Assembly: GCA_964016885.1 (NCBI GenBank)
Contig: OZ024740.1
Coordinates: forward strand, 42,594,001 to 42,658,000
Source of the DNA: Eledone cirrhosa
Taxonomy: Eukaryota
Direction: 5' to 3'
Length of the DNA: 64,000 bases
Part shown: positions 54,833 through 64,000 of the stretch, in pieces
Numbering within the stretch: the first letter of the stretch is position 1
Layout of the letters: every line of letters starts with the position of its first letter
The notes under the pieces: model-generated
The model's input: the letters and a program-made list of their open reading frames with translations, nothing else
Databases searched by the model: none
Told to the model about the DNA's origin: nothing
Program-made: the position numbers and the translations under genes

Positions 54833-55309
54833 ATGTATATATGTATGTGTATATACATATAGATTTTTCCCCAGGAAACTGGGATAACTCCGACATACAA
54901 CCTGCGGCTCAGTAGTTACTGATGATGTTGATCTTTTCTTCTTTTCATGTCGCTCAGAGAGTGGGATTGGCTCAGTGCAAGTCTGTCTTCACTTAAAAAC
55001 TATTGTTCAGGTACAGGCATTGTACGATTGCATTAATTAATAATTATTAATAGTGTTATTATTATTATATAAAGTCCCAGTAATGTACTGGGTTATTGCT
55101 GGCCTTCTGCCTAAAGTAGAAACAATTATTATTATTATTATTATTATTACTTTTTTTTTCCAATTCAATGATGTTCCAAAACAATATAAAAAAGATAATT
55201 GGCAATAAGGATTATGGAACAAAAGAGATAATTGGCAATAAGGGCAGGGGCCCCAGGGTATCACAGCCTGGGCCCGGTCGTCATCATGCCACTGTAATAG
55301 AACCAAACA

Positions 55310-56870
55310 AGGCATTTAATATTGGCTGCTGAAACGTACGGACGCTGGTTGACAGGGAATCCTTGGAACGTCCTGAACGAAGGACCGCTCTTGTTGCAAA
55401 GGAGTTTCGACGTTACGATCTTGACATCGTAGCTTTATCTGAGACGAGATTAGCTGGAGATGGTCATCTTACAGAATTTTGTGGACAATAAATATTCTTC
55501 AGGAAAGGAAGAGATGAAGGAACCAGAAGAGAGGCTGGGGTAGCATTTGCTGTTAAGACTGCTCTTGTGGATAAATTAGAAGAATTCCCAGTGGGTATTA
55601 GTGAGCGTCTTATATCCATGAGAATTCCTCTGGACAAAGGAAGATATGCGACCCTGGTGAGTGTGTATGCTCCAACTATGAATTCTGTAAATGAAGAAAA
55701 GGTGACTTTTTACCATGCCTTGAAAAGTGTTTTAAGAAATATCTCTCAGAGAGACAAGGTCATCGTACTTGGTGACTTTAATGCTAGAGTGGGCAGGGAT
55801 TTTAACACATGGAATGTAATCGGAAGGCATGGGGTGGGAAAGTGTAACAACAATGGTATGCTCCTGCTGCAGATGTGTGTGGAGCTGGATCAGTGTGTTA
55901 CCAACACCATGTTCCAGGAAAAGAACAAATTTAAGACCACATGGACGCATCCTGCATTTAAGGAATGACATCTTTTGGACTACATCCTTGTCAGGATGCG
56001 TGACAGACGGGATGTGCAGTGTATTCGTGTTCTTCGTGGAGCTGAGTGCTGGACGGATCACCGCCTGGTACGCGTAAAAGTGAAACTAATCACTAAACGT
56101 GTTACCCTGCCCAGAAGATTGAATGCTGCTCGTCTTAGAGATAAAAATGCGAAGAGGACATTGCGAGAAGAGATGCATGTTGCAGATCTTGGTGAGAATT
56201 GGCCGACCCTTAAAAAGTCGGTTAATGGTGTAGGCAGGCGTTTTCTGGGGTTGGTGCAGAGAAAAAATCAAGACTGGTTTAATGAGAATGTTGAACATAT
56301 AGAAGACTTGTTGGCTGATAAGAGGCGTGCTCTGTCACGCTACTTGACAGCAAAACCACAGGAGAAGAATATGTTGCATAAGGTACTTAAGGATGTGAAA
56401 TCACGTGTTAGGCGGAATCTTTCTCAGATGAAGGATAAGTGGTGGAGTGAGAAGACTGATGAGATACAATGGCATCAGATTCCACAAACAGCAGATAACA
56501 CAAGATAACACAAGATAACACAAAACAGCAGATAACACAGTCTCTTGCGTGAAGTTTATGGATGGCAAGGAACTTCTTCGTGACTCACAAGAAATTCTAC
56601 GAAGGTGGCGAGAGCACTTTGATGAACCTTTGAATCAGCCGTCTGTGGTCAATGAAGATTTCCTCAATCTCATTCCAGAAAAAAACTGTGAAAGTAGCTC
56701 TCGCAGAACCACCGATGCTTGAGGAGATTGCAGTAGCTATCTCGAAGCTGAACAGTGGAAGGTCTCCAGGTATGGATGGCATACATGCAGAGCTCCTACA
56801 ATATGGTGATGAGAGACTACTGCAAAATCTTCACTCTTTGTTTGGCAGGATATGGGCTAGTGAATCCGCC
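55310..56870 (+). mobile_element. RTE-clade LINE (APE + RT start), degenerate and 3'-truncated
   Basis: NVRTL..RRTALVAKE..DIVALSETRL, VSVYAPT, LGDFNARVG, DYILVR, CWTDHRLV and GRSPGMDGIHAELL. Confidence 0.9.
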
Positions 56871-59440
56871 TTGCATGGGTTGGATGTCGGCTCTGATGTT
56901 ACGTAATAGGTAAATCCCGACTAATTCGGGGATTTGCGCGGAGTCACTTGAGCCCATCGTAATTTCAAAGTTGTCTGTTCTATCTTTTCTAGTCCAGAGT
57001 GCTCCGTTGCATTCAATGATAGTCTGCCTAGCCATAAGTATGATGTTAATCTCATTATTGGTTATGTCCGAGTTGGTGGTGGCTAGGGCTAGTGCTTTGT
57101 TGAGCAGTTCCGGGGTTATTGACGCGTAATAGCTGTCTATATCAAATTGGATGAACCTCATAGATTGCTTGGACCTTAGATCGGAGAACCATCTGATGAC
57201 TTGGCCGGTGTTGGACCACAACTTGTAGGAGGTATCATCCCGTAGACAGAGGTATTATCCTATCAAGGATGTTCTTACTGATGCGGCCCAGGTCAGATGT
57301 GGTTGGGCTTATGAGTCTAATTTACCTATTACGTAACATCAGAGCCGAAATCCAACCCATACAAGGCGGAATATACAGGGACGACGCCCTATTTGCGGTC
57401 CACAATTGTACTAATCGGGGAATCGATTTGCTAAAGAAAAAATTACATAGATTTTTCAAAATTAACGGTCTCTCTATCACCATCGAGCTGAACCATAAAG
57501 TAGTAAACTTCCTAGACGTCACCCTTGATCTCAACAATAACCTTTATAACCCTTACCATAAACCAGGTGAAATACTCACATATATTAGCCCACACTCTAA
57601 CCACCCACCGACAGTCATCAGAGCAGTAATCAAATCTATCTCCGATAGGATCTCAATGCTATCAGCAAATGAAGAGATATTTATAAAGCACGCACAATAT
57701 TATAAAAAGGCTCTCTCTGAATCTGGTTATAAACAATCAATTTATTACATACCTAAATGCCATAACACAGCAACTCACCATAATAAACATAACACTAGAA
57801 CTAGAAATACCTTAGCATATAGCCAGATTCGCCGGAATTTTAGCAGTAACAGCACCCTTACAGGGAACTTTAATGGTGGCAGCGGCTTGCTCCCCACTCC
57901 AAGTAGCAAACTAAAAATCAACCCTAGAATAGGAATGAGAAATGGGATGACAAATAACAAATCCCAGGTAATAATAACCCTAGGAAGGCCCCTACCAACT
58001 CCACTAGAACCCCTAGAAGGAATAGACCTAGAAATATCACTTGGCTCAACCCACCATTCTCATCTAATCTAGCCACTAATATCCCCAAACGCTTCTTCTC
58101 TATCCTATCCAAACATTTCCCCCCCAACCATAGATATTACAAACTCTTTAATAAAAATAACATTAAAATCTCATTCTCCACAACACCTAACCTAGCTAGC
58201 CACATCGCGTTCAGTAACCATCATAAGCTAAGACAGTATAACTCCCACACCGCGGTACCACCACCCCTATCAAATACACCACGCCACTACACCAATAATT
58301 ACTCTAGTAGCACATCTCCCCCATCTAATCCTTCTAGCACGGACCTACAGCTTAGGTTAAACAACCCTACTCTCACTAACCGCAGAAGCAACTGCAACTG
58401 CCGTTACCCCAATGCATGCCCATTAAATGGATACTGCCTGACACCCAACATAGTCTATAGGTGCACGATTGAGATTGCTTCGAATACCAGGTCTACCTCT
58501 AACCCGTTTAAGGTACGCTATAACGCGCACTCTTTTTCCTTCCGAGATCCTAGCAACAGATGTTCGACATCGCTAGCTAGGCTCATTAAAAACCTTTAAT
58601 TAAACAACGTTCAACACTCACTAAAATGGGATATCGTGGCTAGGGCCCAACCGTTCAATGGACGAAGAAAATCTTGTGATCTCTGTGTTACGGAAGCATA
58701 TTACATAACTCTATCACGACCTCTACCGATTAACGATAGAACGGAGGTAACCATTAGCTGTCAACATCGAAGGGTTAATTCCTTCGCCAATAGAGTTTTT
58801 GACCCAACTTAGTCATGTAGCCCCATTTCTACTTGTAGCTAATAAGTTAAATTGCTATGAACAACTCGATAATTATAAGTTACCTCCCCTACATTGTCTC
58901 TCAATTAAACAATTTAAAAACTAGCACTTAACTATAAATACTCACAATCTCTAATCTCTCGAGAAGGTACTTCCCCTGAAACCACCCTCTAATTAGTAAG
59001 GTAAATATGCCCTTTGGCAGCCATCTTGTTACCCATAGGCAGATCTCACACAATGCAGCCTCGACATATGATTACTGCTTGATTATGGCTGACAGCTGAT
59101 GCAACCAAGACACCATAGTAAAAACCAATATATGGAACATTATATTATGTAACATTATCCCATTATTTTAATTTATATTCCTTTGAGTTCCGATGAGCAA
59201 CTCTGTTTTTTAAATATGTTAATTATTTTCAACTGAACCAGATCAATTATGATATATAGTCATTTGATCCAGAAATATTATATGGAGTAGCGAAACAATT
59301 GCAAACGGACATCATTATTATTAATATTATTATTATTATGATTCTCTACATTCCTTACATCAAACTAAAACTATGTTGACAATCTTTTAATAATGTCTTC
59401 CTTGTGAAGTTTGTGGTCTTGTTTTGCTTAACTAATGAAT
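56865..59440 (+). mobile_element. PLE (Hydra-type) with an inverted 5' segment
   Basis: Minus 56865-57319 has RLISP..GRISK, FDIDSYYASI and MGSSDSAQIPELVG. Plus from 57320 has YRDD, VNFLDVTLDL, SNHPP, CNCRYPNACPLNGYC and CDLC. Decayed HHR at 59187-59306. Confidence 0.88.
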
Positions 59441-60303
59441 ATATATATATATATTTATGTATGTGTGTGTGTGTGTGTGTATATATATGTATGTATATAT
59501 ATATGTGTATATATATGTATATATCTGTATTTATATATATATATATGTATGTGTGTATGTATGTATGTATATGTATGTATAATTGTATATGTATGTATAT
59601 GTGTATATATGTCTGTATATGTGTATATTTATATGATTATAAGGTGCGTGTGTTTTTGCGAGTGTGTGGGAGTAGTGGCTTTATATATGTATGTATGTAT
59701 ATGTATATATAATTGTATATGTATGTATATGTGTATATATGTATGTATATGTGTATATGTATATGCTTATAAGAGTATGTGGGAGTAATGGCTTTATATA
59801 TGTGTGTGTGAATGTGGTTGTAGACACCTGACCAAAGGCATTGCTAGCTTAAGTGAACTTTAGAAATCAGGAGTGGCACCTCCAGAGTGAATTCGCCTAT
59901 ATAATTCTTTCTGCCTTTGTTATTTTGACTTTGCATATCATCCTTACAGGGTCGATAAAATAAAGTACCAGTAATGCACTGGGTATTTGCTGGACTTGTG
60001 CCTAAAGTAGAAACAGTTATTATAAATATATAGTTTTTAAAGAATTACCTTTTCTTTAAAACCATCAACCAATGACGTCCACCCACCCCAATAACCACCC
60101 TCTCCTACCACCAGAAGAGATATAAATACCACCATATTACTTGGACAGTCAGCTTCCTGATGATTTCTCCCGAATGAAACAGTTCTAGTCATGTGGAAGC
60201 TTTTCTATACTAAATATTTATACTCTGCTTTGTATTGTATACCAATATCGGTTTCAACACACGTTTTCAGATAAAGAATCTTGCTAAACAAATTCAGAAA
60301 CGA

Positions 60304-62520
<2,217 letters not shown>

Positions 62521-62522
62521 AG

Positions 62523-62587
<65 letters not shown>

Positions 62588-62699
62588 GTATGTGTGTGTG
62601 TGTGTGTGTGTGTGACTGTATGTTTGCGTGTGTGTGTATGTGTGTGTATCTGTGTGTGTATCTATGTGTGTCTCTGTCTTCCTCTTCTTCTTCGCCCTC

Positions 62700-62990
62700 T
62701 TATTCCTGGAAGGACCATGGAGGAAGAGTCCTCAAACAAGCTTTCCAGCGATTCATGTGACTAGTAACTGTCTCTAATAGATCCGGCTGCATCCCTCAGC
62801 TAGAACAGCCGAGGTCATGAGTTTTATCCAACCATCTTGCTTGGGTTTACTGGGCCTCCAAGGCCTCCTAGCGGTTGGATTTGCCAGCAAAATCTATCCA
62901 GCGTTTCTCTGCTAAGATATTCCATCCAAATATCCATAGTATCAGTGCTGTGAAGTAGAGCAACACTCTGATCCCCGAGCTACGCAATCT
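62700..62990 (-). mobile_element. RTE-type LINE 3' fragment
   Basis: Minus translation WLDKTHDLG..NRWKACLRTLPP. Homologous to 33700-33900. Confidence 0.65.
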
Positions 62991-63162
62991 ATCAAGTAAC
63001 GTTACCCCAAGACCGTTCGGAGGAACACCATTTCGAGCGCTTGTATTCATGATCGAATTATTTCGGTCAGCGTGTGTGTTTCGTAAAACCCCCCCCCAAA
63101 AAAAACTGAGTTTTAACAAAAGCCGTTTGGTTTCGATGGAGAACAGTTCAATGACTCAATGT

Positions 63163-63518
63163 TAATAACCGTTTCTACTTTTTGCACAAGGCCAGCAATT
63201 TCCACCAGTGCATTACTGGTACTTTATTTTATCGACCCCGTAAGCATGAAAGGCAAAGTTAACCTCGGCGGGATTTGAACTCAGAACATAAAGAGGCGTA
63301 ACTCTATGCTGCAAAGCAATGTTAATAATGATTTTTAGTATAGGCACAAGGCCAGTAATTTGGGGGAGGAGGGGAAAGTCGATTAAATTGACCCCAGTAC
63401 GTTCCTGGTGCTTTATTTTATCGACCCTGTAAGGATGAAAGGCAAAGTTAACTTCGGCGGGATTTGAACTCAGACTGTAAAGGGCCATAACTCTATGCGG
63501 CAAAGCAATGTTAATAAT
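63163..63518 (-). mobile_element. Two tandem tRNA-derived SINEs
   Basis: 63163-63325 and 63326-63518, both reverse copies of the 18130 family. Confidence 0.8.
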
Positions 63519-63640
63519 GTAAATGTATTACTGTAAGTGAATTGAACTTTGTTCGTTTGAAAGGGGTCTCTTAACTTTACGCAGCATGGCCTCAGCCGGA
63601 TGGCTGGAACAGGTAAAAGAGTAAATGAGTAATATATATA

Positions 63641-64000
63641 TCTATTATATAAATGTGAAATGGGCGAAAATTGTCTGATACAATGCACTGATTGTCATGA
63701 AAATGTACACATTAATGTAAAAGGTGCCTTGGAAACGACAGGTCTACTTGGGGTTCTTTAAATTAAAAAATCTGGTCTCTAGTGCCAAAGGAACGGTCTT
63801 TTTCTATCGATTTTACCTCACTATAGTTTCTTAGCTTTACTCTCTCTGTCGCTCTTTCCTCTCTCTATAATAGATCATTCCTGCTCTCTATAATTTAACT
63901 GCTTTACTTTCTCTGTCGCTCTTCACTCCCTATATGACAACACTGCAGAGAGAGATAGGCCGTTAGACAGAGAGAGATAGAATTAAGGTGTTAGATATTC
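63641..64000 (+). mobile_element. Possible Helitron 5' part
   Basis: A|TCTATTATATAAAT start. The 3' end would lie outside the window. Confidence 0.35.

Overview
AT-rich animal genomic DNA saturated with (TA)n microsatellites and retroelements. The SINE families and repeat texture suggest an octopus or other coleoid cephalopod, which is my inference. I found no credible host protein-coding gene. Bases 0.8-10.4 kb are a nest of non-LTR elements at (ATT)n/(TAA)n tracts: a near full-length Tx1/L1-clade LINE, two partial copies, and a 5'-truncated R4/Dong-like RLE element. The rest holds many Penelope-like element (PLE) pieces (RT + GIY-YIG), RTE fragments, tRNA-derived SINEs, Helitron-type elements and a 32-nt U6 retrocopy. 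The most striking signal is about 20 type-I hammerhead ribozyme (HHR) motifs with intact cores, plus about 10 decayed ones, found by eye. They sit in PLE pseudo-LTRs, in non-coding fold-back elements inserted in (TA)n, and in three non-coding retrozyme-like units with terminal direct repeats. The fold-backs share one asymmetric design: a long arm with a 40-100 bp tail, a short arm ending at an internal TA-rich site, and a variable join point. Some join two different families head-to-head, suggesting double priming from both ends of a cut (TA)n target onto two RNA templates. All coordinates were read manually and element ends are approximate.
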